IMG/VR virus record: IMGVR_UViG_3300032247_002042
Coordinates: 1-64,000 of that record
Length of the DNA: 64,000 nt
From: a virus
Lineage: Duplodnaviria > Caudoviricetes
Strand: one strand, 5' to 3'
Shown here piece by piece: positions 25,300 to 34,723 of the stretch. The position numbers and the translations under genes were made by a program. The number at the start of each line of letters is the position of its first letter. Positions within the stretch are counted from its first letter, which is position 1. The notes under the pieces are model-generated. The model was given only the letters and a program-made list of their open reading frames with translations. It searched no databases and was not told where the DNA came from.

Positions 25300-25965
25300 T
25301 TATCCTCGGGAACGATTTCTAGTTTGTGGTCGGCCCTGCCCAACATCCTGAACGTATTCACGACGCAATAACTCCTGTTTTTGCATCCGACAAATTACCT
25401 CTCCCATCGCAATGGCGTCACAGACATTTCCGTTGATGAGTTCAGGTTTGTCCTGATACTTTGGTAAATTGTATCCTAATCCCGAAAGGACTAGCTGCAC
25501 CATTTCTTTTGTTGCTGACATTCCTCCGCACATGATGGTTTTCACATGATTTGTCGAAAACTCTGCATAGGGAACGTTTGTGCTTCCACATATGACCATT
25601 GTAACATATCGCACACCAATGAGCACCTCAAGCGTGGCAATGCTGGTCTTGAGGTTGCCCCGAATGAACGGATGACTTTCAAGAACCACCAAGTCAGGTG
25701 CATGTGTGTCGATCATGGTTCGAACCCAACGATCATACGCAAGAATTTTCGAAATCTGCGAAGCAGACTTAGATAACGTAAGAGAAAGTCCAATATCTAT
25801 GTCGTTATGCATGAAGGGGACATATTTGCCATCAATGAACAGCGCGGCGCCACTGTCGTTCAGAGCCTCGTCCACGCAGAGTATTTTCTTTATGTTTTTC
25901 CAATCACGATTTGGAATGGACGGCAAGGAAATGTCTGGTGTTGAAGAACGACGAACCCTGCTCAT
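25300..25965 (-). CDS. RuvC-like Holliday junction resolvase
   Basis: ILCVDEA, VVLES, HVK...ATKEMV, NVCDAIAM. Confidence 0.85.
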   Translation of the reverse strand: MSRVRRSSTPDISLPSIPNRDWKNIKKILCVDEALNDSGAALFIDGKYVPFMHNDIDIGLSLTLSKSASQISKILAYDRWVRTMIDTHAPDLVVLESHPFIRGNLKTSIATLEVLIGVRYVTMVICGSTNVPYAEFSTNHVKTIMCGGMSATKEMVQLVLSGLGYNLPKYQDKPELINGNVCDAIAMGEVICRMQKQELLRREYVQDVGQGRPQTRNRSRG

Positions 25966-26328
25966 CTAATCGGATACTTTGGAAAGAATGATCCGAGAGC
26001 ATACTGATGGATGCATGGCTGATGATAGCGCAAATTTCCTGACCTCTTCGACGGAGTAATGCTCAAGCAAGTCTTTCCAATCTTCTTCAAAAAAGTTTTT
26101 TGAAAGATCGCTACCTGACTTTTCTGTAGCATACACAATTTGGGCCGCTTTTGTTGCGCGTTGAAAAAGTTTCTTCGCCTCCTCGGCGTTTAATCCTGCA
26201 ACCCCATTCCGTCTGTTTATGGACGACGAAATTGTTGAAGATACAAGGCAATCCATTTGCCGAATTGCCTCCTCAACAGTCATCGACGCCTCTTGAGGGG
26301 CGTTTCGCATCGCAGCAAAAATATTCAT
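25966..26328 (-). CDS. Hypothetical protein, 120 aa
   Basis: TAATG coupling to the primase gene. Confidence 0.65.
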   Translation of the reverse strand: MNIFAAMRNAPQEASMTVEEAIRQMDCLVSSTISSSINRRNGVAGLNAEEAKKLFQRATKAAQIVYATEKSGSDLSKNFFEEDWKDLLEHYSVEEVRKFALSSAMHPSVCSRIILSKVSD

Positions 26329-28460
26329 TACATGTCCGACCTGTTGGCCCGCAAGCCCCAAAACTCAACCGGCTGCCCTTCAACAGTACGAACCATCCGG
26401 GCAAGCGCATGCTGCTCCATCGAGCGGAGCGTGTTCAGCAACGCCGGTCCGGACGCAACATTGATGGCTTCCGCAATCTGCTCAACTGAGAGCGGCCTGT
26501 TCTTCACAACGTACTTGATACGATCTTTCAGTCCCACACCACCGTCGCGCAATGACTCGGCAGGAAGGTCGCCGGGATTTACCAGTTGCATTTGCAGCAA
26601 ACTCGTCTCATCACCCTCGTAGGGAAAGTTGAAACGTATTGCCATGGGGGCATGCATGTTTCCGGCATTGATTTTCTGGTGCGTCATCAACACTTCGGCA
26701 GTGCTGCTGCCCTCTTGCTGAATCTTCTTCAGGTGCCATGTGGATCGCGACTGGTTTTCCCACTGAACACCGCCAAACGCAGTGGAAACGTCATCCTGCG
26801 TGCTGTTGCGATCACTTTTGGTGATATGAGCAAGGATTAGCGACCCGACACCCAATTGACTAATCCCTTGGAAAAATGCAACGATCTCATCGTTATCACT
26901 CGCCCGGCCGCAGGCTGGCGACGCCGAATCGATAATGATGTAGGTGATGCCTTCCTTGGCAATGAGTCGCTTCAGTTCATCGAGCTGCTTGCGAAGCGGT
27001 CGCCCACCGCAGTTGCGGTAAACGATATTGACCCCGCATTGCTCTTGATCCTCCGGGGAAATGAGCGTGTCGAGCCGACGGGCGTGCTGACCGACATCCC
27101 ATTCCCAGTCCAGATACGCAACGTGATGCCGTGCAATCGATGGCCCGAGGCCAAGATCAAGACCCGTCTCCATTTGGACCGCCAGTGCAAGCGCGATGTA
27201 GGATTTCATCCCTCCACCGGCGGAGAACCATAGCGTCGGCTCCTTGGAGAGCAGCAGCGGCTTGTGAGCGTATCCCATCTGCTGTGCCCGTGGCGCATCG
27301 CGCAGAAGAACCCAAGGACTGCCTTGCGTGAATTGACCGACAGTCAATCGGGCCATGTCTCCAACCATTTGTTTCCACGGAGGGCCAAACATCCGCTTCT
27401 CCAGTTCGGAGACAAGGGTGGAGATCATCCGGCTGTCCTTGAGGGCCACGTCAATCGGGCCGTACAGGTATTTGGGAAGAGAAATGATGCCGTTGGTATG
27501 AACCTCAAGTTCCCCGACAACCCCGTGCCGTTCGGAATCCATGAGCTTTGAAATCAGCATGTCGATGCTGAGTGAGGGCCACGTATATTTGTAGCCAATC
27601 CCGCTGGATGTCATGACAGGCGGGTCAAGAACGCCGTGGTTTTTTGCGAGTTGCTGATAACTGCAGATGGAACGCACTACAGTTTTCAGCTCACGCATGC
27701 TGAAGGGCGGCTGGCACCGTTCGGCCCAAGGTGTGATGATCTGCTCGATGATGTCCTTGCCGATGTTCCTGCCCCAGAAATACCCCACAAGGCGTGCAGC
27801 GTCCTCGTTGCGCCGTCCTGAGGGCGACCCGGTTGCAATCAGCTCACTGACCCATTGAGGGCGCTTTGTGCTGTCCGGCGAAGGCGAAGCATCGTCCTCC
27901 CGGACCCCCTCGCCTCGCACGACCCATCCCGGACAGGTCGCAAGATCCACTTCGTGAAAAATGACGTAAGGCAATTCGTCGATCTTGGAGGGACTGATGA
28001 CGACATACCCGCCATCCGCCTTCACGTCAACCTTGTGAAGAATGGGAAAACTTTTTACTTCAACGCCCTCGCCGGGGTGCTTGAAGAAAAGATGATGGCC
28101 CCGAGGGGTCTTTTGCAGGAACGTCTGAACGGTTGCCATTTCAGGATGATGCTTTTCAAGACTTTGCAATCCTTCCTCGCCATCCACGTCAACGACAATG
28201 ATCCCGCTGATGCGTCCGCAAACCACACCCCAGTTGCAATCGGGATATTCCCTTAGCCACTTCCGCACCTGATCGCGCGTGACGCGATTGTACTGATAGG
28301 TGTTCCATTTGAGACGGACATCAAATGCCACGCCGTCTGCGCCTGTGCCTTGCGAAACAATGACAGGGCGCTTGCCGTTTGGTTCGACCGGGAAAATATT
28401 CCATCCCCGATCCATGTAAGACATCAATGCGTCTTCTTTGGATAGCCCCACAAAAGTCAT
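26328..28460 (-). CDS. Bifunctional primase-polymerase with PriCT and RecA-like (AAA_25-type) helicase domains
   Basis: GWNIFPV..NGKRP, VVDVD, TPRGHHLFF, DVKADGGYVV, GRRNE, AGGGMKS, YLDWE, IIIDS, LILAH. Confidence 0.88.
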   Translation of the reverse strand: MTFVGLSKEDALMSYMDRGWNIFPVEPNGKRPVIVSQGTGADGVAFDVRLKWNTYQYNRVTRDQVRKWLREYPDCNWGVVCGRISGIIVVDVDGEEGLQSLEKHHPEMATVQTFLQKTPRGHHLFFKHPGEGVEVKSFPILHKVDVKADGGYVVISPSKIDELPYVIFHEVDLATCPGWVVRGEGVREDDASPSPDSTKRPQWVSELIATGSPSGRRNEDAARLVGYFWGRNIGKDIIEQIITPWAERCQPPFSMRELKTVVRSICSYQQLAKNHGVLDPPVMTSSGIGYKYTWPSLSIDMLISKLMDSERHGVVGELEVHTNGIISLPKYLYGPIDVALKDSRMISTLVSELEKRMFGPPWKQMVGDMARLTVGQFTQGSPWVLLRDAPRAQQMGYAHKPLLLSKEPTLWFSAGGGMKSYIALALAVQMETGLDLGLGPSIARHHVAYLDWEWDVGQHARRLDTLISPEDQEQCGVNIVYRNCGGRPLRKQLDELKRLIAKEGITYIIIDSASPACGRASDNDEIVAFFQGISQLGVGSLILAHITKSDRNSTQDDVSTAFGGVQWENQSRSTWHLKKIQQEGSSTAEVLMTHQKINAGNMHAPMAIRFNFPYEGDETSLLQMQLVNPGDLPAESLRDGGVGLKDRIKYVVKNRPLSVEQIAEAINVASGPALLNTLRSMEQHALARMVRTVEGQPVEFWGLRANRSDM

Positions 28461-28480
28461 AAGAATTCTCCCTAAAGGAA

Positions 28481-28504
28481 AAGGCACCGACTAGTCGGTG
28501 CCTT
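28481..28504 (-). terminator. Palindromic terminator
   Basis: AAGGCACCGACTAGTCGGTGCCTT, a perfect 24-bp palindrome, followed by Ts on the - strand. Confidence 0.7.
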
Positions 28505-28529
28505 GTACTGAGGCGTGAATTGGAGACGG

Positions 28530-30116
28530 TTAGCGCGACCGGCGGACAACCGCCATGTCGTCTTCGTCGTCCTCAAACGGCACGGGAAGAGCATACGAGA
28601 GGAGCACTTGGCTGTCAAGTGCGTCCATCGCGTCTTCGTCGGACTTGATGACCCGAGAAACGCGCTCTTGGCCGCCAGAACGGACAGCAACAATATCCTC
28701 CAAAATTTCCGATACATCCTGATCGGAATAATGCGTCCGACGTGCCTCGTGCCCAATAAGGGATTCGGCTTGCATGCGAATGATGCTGACCGCACTTGCA
28801 ACAATCCCCGGCAATTCCGGCATGGATTCGGCAATCATCTTCTTCTTGCTTTTCTGAGCTGCAGATAGCCCGGAAAAGTTTTTGTTGATGTACTGCTCAA
28901 CCTTCTCTGCTTGCATGCGGATCGCATCGAGATCTTTCACCCCGAAACTCAGGGTCTTGATCATTTCCGACACCTTGAGCATGGAGTTGAGCTGCGTTGC
29001 GCTGAGGCTGTTCTCGTCGTCACGCATCAATCCGAGGCAATTGATGAATACGGACTCGCTGCGCTCAACGATGGCCTTGACATATGCCACGGTGAGTTCG
29101 TGAGACTGAGATTGACGAGTCTGCTCGACACGCTTAGCAATGCTTCGCAGCGCCAAACGCTCTTGAGCCATTTCGCCAAATTCGTCCACATCATCTTCGA
29201 GTTCCATGATGCGGTTGCGCAACTCATCGCGTTCAACCATGATCTTCCACGCATCTTCGTCTTCGTGCCACATCTTTCGCATCGTTTCGTCCGCCTTTAT
29301 GCGCTCGGGTTTCGGTGCCCAATAGAATTTGGCTTCAACCGTGTACTTGCGGATGATGTCGTCTTTTGACGGCCATGCCTGCATCACGACTTTCTGCCAT
29401 CGACGCACCCATTCCAACGGAGGAATGATCTGCTCCGAATATTCACCATTGCCATCAAGAACCTGACGACTAATCTGTTCTGGCGCAGTCTTCTTCAGCC
29501 GGTTGTACACATCAAGTGCGATCTGGGAATAATGCGCAACGGAAGACGACTTGAGGCGATCATAGTTCTCGACAATAATTTGCGCAGCGTTCAAATGAGC
29601 GAGACGGGCTTTTTCATATTCTTCGTTCCATCGGGTCCACGTGGAGAATGGAATGAATGTTGCTCCGTTAAGTGGAATGCCAAGCCATGTGGAAAATGAA
29701 GGATTGGAAATGCTCTTGTTGCCCGTATCATCGTAACGGGTAGGGAAAAGCATCCGAACCTTGCGTTCGGTTACCTCTGGCATGGGAATGGTGAATCGAA
29801 CACCGTCCTTTTCGTGCCACATCTCATCCTTGGGCAGGAGCGATCCGCGCGATGACGAGCGAAGTACGGCATCAATGGCCGTCATGACCTTGTCCTTGCG
29901 CTTGCTTTCGGTGGCCACGAGACCAAGGTCCGACAACTTCAAGGCAAGGGCAAAACGTTCTGCGGTTACACGGACATTCGCCATGACTCCCGTCTCAAAA
30001 ATCTTTGTCATGTCCGATTGAACGATGGCCTTTGGCGCGACGTTCAATCCAAGCTGGGCGCGGATCTCCTCGCCGCGTTCCTGCACAAGGGAATCGGGGA
30101 TGTTGGCGCTGGTCAT
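28530..30116 (-). CDS. Large helical hypothetical protein, possibly DUF3150-like
   Basis: SD GGAG and its own sigma70 promoter; family resemblance judged by eye only. Confidence 0.6.
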   Translation of the reverse strand: MTSANIPDSLVQERGEEIRAQLGLNVAPKAIVQSDMTKIFETGVMANVRVTAERFALALKLSDLGLVATESKRKDKVMTAIDAVLRSSSRGSLLPKDEMWHEKDGVRFTIPMPEVTERKVRMLFPTRYDDTGNKSISNPSFSTWLGIPLNGATFIPFSTWTRWNEEYEKARLAHLNAAQIIVENYDRLKSSSVAHYSQIALDVYNRLKKTAPEQISRQVLDGNGEYSEQIIPPLEWVRRWQKVVMQAWPSKDDIIRKYTVEAKFYWAPKPERIKADETMRKMWHEDEDAWKIMVERDELRNRIMELEDDVDEFGEMAQERLALRSIAKRVEQTRQSQSHELTVAYVKAIVERSESVFINCLGLMRDDENSLSATQLNSMLKVSEMIKTLSFGVKDLDAIRMQAEKVEQYINKNFSGLSAAQKSKKKMIAESMPELPGIVASAVSIIRMQAESLIGHEARRTHYSDQDVSEILEDIVAVRSGGQERVSRVIKSDEDAMDALDSQVLLSYALPVPFEDDEDDMAVVRRSR

Positions 30117-30156
30117 TTTTCGAATCTCCGTTCTTAGATAAGTTTGGCGCAGGGGA

Positions 30157-30185
30157 ATGGTAGCGCATGGGTTCCGGATTGTCAA
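30157..30185 (-). promoter_or_regulatory. Canonical sigma70 promoter TTGACA-17 bp-TACCAT
   Basis: -35 at 30185-30180 and -10 at 30162-30157, upstream of ATG 30116. Confidence 0.75.
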
Positions 30186-30203
30186 GGATCGGAAAAAAAT
30201 ATC

Positions 30204-30332
30204 CTACGATACCGGATTTAGCTGGAGCAAGAAGACCCACAGCGCATTCCACGCATAGGCAACAATCAACGCGGTGGTAACCATAAGGAACAATTCGTAT
30301 TTGTCTGGACCTGCAGGATGATTTCCAAACAT
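30204..30332 (-). CDS. Small membrane protein, 42 aa (not in track)
   Basis: MFGNHPAGPDKYELFLMVTTALIVAYAWNALWVFLLQLNPVS. Confidence 0.5.
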   Translation of the reverse strand: MFGNHPAGPDKYELFLMVTTALIVAYAWNALWVFLLQLNPVS

Positions 30333-30334
30333 GT

Positions 30335-30427
30335 TTACTGTCCAGTAAATGTGGAATAGATCATGTAAAATACAAAAAGTAATCCAAGAATATTGCCAAG
30401 AACCACAAGCAATTCGGCATCACTCAT
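30335..30427 (-). CDS. Small membrane protein, 30 aa (not in track)
   Basis: MSDAELLVVLGNILGLLFVFYMIYSTFTGQ; tight spacing with both neighbours. Confidence 0.5.
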   Translation of the reverse strand: MSDAELLVVLGNILGLLFVFYMIYSTFTGQ

Positions 30428-30432
30428 TTGCT

Positions 30433-30813
30433 TCATTGCTCTCCAGCCCATGGGGTGTATCCAGATTGTTGCACCATCTCGTTCTCAAGCATATATACAC
30501 TCTTAAGCATCTCATAATATTTTCCATTGATAATGTCAGCCATTTCCCTGCATCCTTCGTAGAATACTTCCTTGTCCACACCTTCGAGGGGAAGCACATC
30601 CTTATGAACCTTTGGAATACGGTTCAATTCGTACCAATCCCAATCATTTTCATCAGCATCCAAATTTATCATGTACTTGCCAATTTCGGTCGCCCATGCT
30701 TTGCGCAATTTCCCATGAAGATACACACGGAGAGGATCGCCCTCTTTTTCAATCGACACAGAAATGTCATAAAACGATGAAAAATTCGTTATGTATTTTG
30801 TTTTGGATGACAT
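30433..30813 (-). CDS. Hypothetical protein, 126 aa
   Basis: SD AAAGGG. Confidence 0.7.
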   Translation of the reverse strand: MSSKTKYITNFSSFYDISVSIEKEGDPLRVYLHGKLRKAWATEIGKYMINLDADENDWDWYELNRIPKVHKDVLPLEGVDKEVFYEGCREMADIINGKYYEMLKSVYMLENEMVQQSGYTPWAGEQ

Positions 30814-30833
30814 GACGACCCTTTCTGTGCGGA

Positions 30834-31154
30834 TTATTTATCGGGAACTTGGTCCTGAACCCTCCATGGCACAGGGCGCCGCTGTTGCATCTTGGACATT
30901 GGCAGGCTGATATAATCGATAATGTCCCGTCGCCTCAAATACATGATCTGACGGGATTGACCTCCGACGCGCAACGCTTGAAGTCGTCCCTCAATGACTG
31001 CCTGACGGAATGTCGTGCGGTTAACCCCGTACCGGTTCATTGCATCATACAGCGAAAGGAAGTCGTCAAGTGTTTCTCCGTCAAGAAGGGCGATACGTTT
31101 CCGTACATCTTCCGGGGACCGCACAGGTTCTTTTGTTGCATGTATACTTTTCAT
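30834..31154 (-). CDS. Xis/MerR-like HTH DNA-binding protein
   Basis: FLSLYDAMNRYGVNRTTFRQAVIEGRLQALRVGG. Confidence 0.7.
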   Translation of the reverse strand: MKSIHATKEPVRSPEDVRKRIALLDGETLDDFLSLYDAMNRYGVNRTTFRQAVIEGRLQALRVGGQSRQIMYLRRRDIIDYISLPMSKMQQRRPVPWRVQDQVPDK

Positions 31155-31177
31155 TGCAGCCTTATAAGGAGTTAGTT

Positions 31178-31603
31178 ATGAACAAACAGCAAAACCAAGT
31201 AGCGCAATTCATGAAAGCATTTGGACAAACTGTTCCGGGTGCATTTTCCCCGGAACAGTTTCCTGCAGAACTTCGCATTGCACTGATCAATGAAGAAGCA
31301 AGGGAGTTCTCAGAAGCAGTGAAGAATCAAGATTGGGTCGAAACAATCGATGCTATTTGCGATTTGCTATACGTTACGTACGGCGCTGCTGTCGCATTGG
31401 GAATTGACATTGAACCGTTTTTTGATGAGGTGCATCGATCCAACATGTCCAAATTGGACGTGAATGGTCGGCCTATTCATCGGGCTGATGGCAAGGTCAT
31501 CAAGTCGGATCGTTGGTCTCCACCAGCGATTGATCGGGTTCTGGAGATAGTTCCGATTGTGCCCCAGTATCGTTTTGAGAAAGCGACTGAAGCGTCTTCA
31601 TAA
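31178..31603 (+). CDS. MazG-like (DR2231-type) NTP pyrophosphohydrolase, probable dUTPase
   Basis: SD AAGGAG; LINEEAREF, DAICDLLYVTYG, EVHRSNMSK, RADGKVIK. Confidence 0.88.
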   Translation: MNKQQNQVAQFMKAFGQTVPGAFSPEQFPAELRIALINEEAREFSEAVKNQDWVETIDAICDLLYVTYGAAVALGIDIEPFFDEVHRSNMSKLDVNGRPIHRADGKVIKSDRWSPPAIDRVLEIVPIVPQYRFEKATEASS

Positions 31604-32585
31604 AGAGACGGACTTGGGGGCTTGCTGTTTCCAGAGTTTCAGGCTGATGCTCCATCGCCCAGTAAATATAGCGACGGGCAATGTCCCGACGAACGCCTAT
31701 TGATCCTGATTCTGCAACTTCGTTGTCTCTCAAGGTCTCTTTGCGCTTCTTGATCACTGTTGCAGCGTCCTTGATGGACAGTTTGAACATCTTTCGAATT
31801 GCCCGAATGTCCTCTGGAGTCGGCCAATCTGCCGAAAGGGATTCTCCTTCAGGTTGAGGAAGAAAACCATTTGATACCAAGTGCTGTTGAAGTTCCAAAG
31901 AAATAGTGGCCATTCTGTCTGGGTGATTGGTTGCAACCCATTCACCCAGTTTAAAGATCATCTTTTGCAAAATTTCCGTATTCATTCCGACTGGAGTAAT
32001 TTCATATTTTGCAAAAGTAGATTTTGCGACTGAGCATATTGCTGCACAGTCCTTAATGCTGACCATGCTCATAAAACGCAATTGCCGCAACTCCACTCCG
32101 GTTCCCCACTTACCATCAGCAAGGCGCTTGGTGGCGTTATTTCCATGCACAGTCTTGAGTGATGGCATGGATTCTTCGGTCATTCCTGACCCTAAATGAA
32201 CCAACGCGCCAACGGTCAATCCAAGATTTCCGCCAAAGTGAAGGGCGGAAATTGATTCTATTGTTTTGAAAAATGTTTCTGATATGCGAATTGTCACGGA
32301 AACAGTGTCAAGCATTGAATACGAATACGCATCTGCCTGTTGACGAATACCTTTTTGCATCAATCCAAGAATAACGGGATTGATAGGCATTTTTGATTCC
32401 AAGATTTTTTTAACTAAAGATTTTTTGAGAAAAACCGCAATAAATTTAGGTTGACTTTCCACAATGAGTACAGGAATCAGCGTTGGATGTATTTTATTTG
32501 TGGGACGGCTCATGCTCTCGTATGAATACATCAGCGGAAATTGTGTAGATTTTGTCGCCGTGTTGTTTGACAGTTTTGTTGACAT
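31500..32585 (-). CDS. Protein with two XRE-type HTH domains (start uncertain, possibly 32390)
   Basis: ELRQLRFMSMVSIKDCAAICSVAKSTFAKYE and DIRAIRKMFKLSIKDAATVI...RDNE. Confidence 0.65.
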   Translation of the reverse strand: MSTKLSNNTATKSTQFPLMYSYESMSRPTNKIHPTLIPVLIVESQPKFIAVFLKKSLVKKILESKMPINPVILGLMQKGIRQQADAYSYSMLDTVSVTIRISETFFKTIESISALHFGGNLGLTVGALVHLGSGMTEESMPSLKTVHGNNATKRLADGKWGTGVELRQLRFMSMVSIKDCAAICSVAKSTFAKYEITPVGMNTEILQKMIFKLGEWVATNHPDRMATISLELQQHLVSNGFLPQPEGESLSADWPTPEDIRAIRKMFKLSIKDAATVIKKRKETLRDNEVAESGSIGVRRDIARRYIYWAMEHQPETLETASPQVRLFMKTLQSLSQNDTGAQSELSPEPDQSLVETNDPT

Positions 32586-32739
32586 TTTTCACATGCACCG
32601 ATTTTTTATTGCTACTGATTCCGACAATTCGCCGCTTGTGATTGAGATGTGTTTTCCGCGTTGTCATCCAGATTGATCCCACATAAAGATTGGGATACTC
32701 AATTGGATACTCCATGACCTTGATCATTTTCTTGGACAT
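32494..32739 (-). CDS. Small basic hypothetical protein, 81 aa
   Basis: SD AAAGGA. Confidence 0.6.
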   Translation of the reverse strand: MSKKMIKVMEYPIEYPNLYVGSIWMTTRKTHLNHKRRIVGISSNKKSVHVKNVNKTVKQHGDKIYTISADVFIREHEPSHK

Positions 32740-32762
32740 CAAGATTTTCCTTTGAGAGGTGT

Positions 32763-32784
32763 GGGGGGTGCTAACGCACCCCCC
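32763..32784 (-). terminator. GC hairpin at the AAA ATPase stop codon
   Basis: GGGGGGTGC-taac-GCACCCCCC; no clear U-tract. Confidence 0.45.
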
Positions 32785-34702
32785 TCTCGCTTGGCCCCAT
32801 CTCGTCGTCTTCGATTTCCCGAAGCAACTTCTTCACTTCCCGATCTTGCTTGCGAGCAAAGCCGGGAGGAAGCATGTCGTCATCGGTGCATTGCGCAGCC
32901 GCAAGGTACGACAGCGTCTCGGTACGGGCAGTATCAACACGATACAACTCGGTAGCGCGACGCAGGAACCCAGCAACATCGGATGTGAACTCTCGCTTTT
33001 GACGACGAGCAAGGCTCACGGCCTTTTCCACCAAGATGGAAAGGTTGGCTTGGGTGTACCAGCGCGTAGCATCTCCGATCACCTCGTCAGGAACCTCGCA
33101 CTCTTCAGGACGAAGCCCCTGCTCGCGTTGCAGGATGTTCATGACAACCTGAAACCGATCCTCTGGCATCATCGGCGGAAGCACCGGGATGATTGTCTGA
33201 AGGCGACGCTTCATGGCAGAGTCGATGTTGTCAGGACGATTGGTCGCGCCAACAAACAACAGACGCCCCTTGATATCGTCACGCTCCAGCCATGGCATCA
33301 GAATTGACAGCATCTTGCTGCCAACGCCAGACGTGTCAACGGAACCTCCGTCTCGGCTCGTCAGGGCCACGTCGATCTCATCGACAAACAGCATGCAAGG
33401 AAGATTGGCCTCAACCCAGTTGAGTACCTTCTGCAGTTGCTGCTCCGATTCGCCAACCCACTTGGATTGCGTGAGAGCGGGAGACCAATGCACACACTTG
33501 TATCCGAGTTCGTACGCAATCGCATACGCAAGGACGCTCTTGCCTGTGCCGGGAGGCCCAGCCTTCAAGATGTTGGCATTGCGACGACGCCCTTCGCGAA
33601 ATTCCCCCAAGAACCACTCGAGGTATTCCACCAAATATGGCGGGAAACCATAATCCCTTAGCCCCTTGATCGGATTGATGACCGTGAGGTATTCGGAACC
33701 ACCTTGACCCGCAAAGGTCTCGGAAATGGTCTCGTTGATGATGCGCTGGACCATATCGCGGCTAAGGTTTCCATGACGCTCGCCAGTGAGGCGCATGTCC
33801 TCAATGGCGCGAATGGTAAGCCCGCCAGTTGCTCCGGCTAGCCACGAGATTTGACGCGTATCGGGCACATTGTCTCCGAAGTCGATACTTACGCGCTCCA
33901 AATATGAAGGAGTAAGAACGCGCTCGGAAATGTACCACTCCCGTTCGTTGTACACCGGAAACCCAACATTGACAGGAATCCAGCCTGACGAGACACGCCC
34001 ACGAGAGAGCGCATTGTTGACCTCTGGCTTCTCTTCGGTGATGCCGAAAAGGATGTGGCCAGTCCCTGCGGACTTCCACTTCTTGCCATGACCCCCAACG
34101 TTCTCGAAGTCCAGCCCCCACGAGCGAGCAAAAAGGACAGATTGAGTGAACATTTCACCCATGGTGTCCCATTCGCCACGAGGACAAATGGACTGAAACT
34201 CCTCGAGGATGACGCACAGGCGGACATCTGTCTGCTGAAGTGCTTCATTCAAGAGAGGAATGGCAAGCGCGGGATTCTTGGATCGTTCCAAGATATCGCT
34301 CTTTTGGCCGCCGGAAATTCCTCCTGCTGCATCAGAAGCACCGGAAAATCTTCCGCCACGGATTGCACCAACGCCAGCCGTAGCATTGCCTGCCTGTGTT
34401 TTCTCAAGCAAGGCCTTGAACTTCTCGGCATCTGCAGCGCGTTTCTCGACTCCGCCAAGGAAACGGAATCCGTGAGCGCGATGATAGACCACGACAATGT
34501 CGAAATCCAATTGCGGATGCTTGTTGGGGACAGTCTTGTTGCCGAAGATGTGGTAGATGTTGGCCTGCAGCGTGTAACTGCTCGCGTCAACATCATGGAT
34601 GCCGGTACCGGACAAGAGGAAGGCATGGCCCTCTCCTGTCTGGTACTTGCGGACCACAGTGCGGAGCCATTCTGGACGGGGGGTCTCTTTGCCGTCTGCC
34701 AT
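32771..34702 (-). CDS. AAA+ ATPase (Ycf46/SpoVK-like architecture), 643 aa
   Basis: GPPGTGKS, SKWVGESE, LFVDEID, ATNRPDNIDSAMKRR; degenerate N-terminal domain. Confidence 0.88.
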   Translation of the reverse strand: MADGKETPRPEWLRTVVRKYQTGEGHAFLLSGTGIHDVDASSYTLQANIYHIFGNKTVPNKHPQLDFDIVVVYHRAHGFRFLGGVEKRAADAEKFKALLEKTQAGNATAGVGAIRGGRFSGASDAAGGISGGQKSDILERSKNPALAIPLLNEALQQTDVRLCVILEEFQSICPRGEWDTMGEMFTQSVLFARSWGLDFENVGGHGKKWKSAGTGHILFGITEEKPEVNNALSRGRVSSGWIPVNVGFPVYNEREWYISERVLTPSYLERVSIDFGDNVPDTRQISWLAGATGGLTIRAIEDMRLTGERHGNLSRDMVQRIINETISETFAGQGGSEYLTVINPIKGLRDYGFPPYLVEYLEWFLGEFREGRRRNANILKAGPPGTGKSVLAYAIAYELGYKCVHWSPALTQSKWVGESEQQLQKVLNWVEANLPCMLFVDEIDVALTSRDGGSVDTSGVGSKMLSILMPWLERDDIKGRLLFVGATNRPDNIDSAMKRRLQTIIPVLPPMMPEDRFQVVMNILQREQGLRPEECEVPDEVIGDATRWYTQANLSILVEKAVSLARRQKREFTSDVAGFLRRATELYRVDTARTETLSYLAAAQCTDDDMLPPGFARKQDREVKKLLREIEDDEMGPSERGVR

Positions 34703-34723
34703 AAGAGTAATCCTTTCGGAAAA

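Noticed and set aside
26328-28460. Helicase domain as an inactive pseudogene (Walker A AGGGMKS)
   Set aside because: The catalytic KS, Walker B and downstream motifs are retained and the ORF is intact
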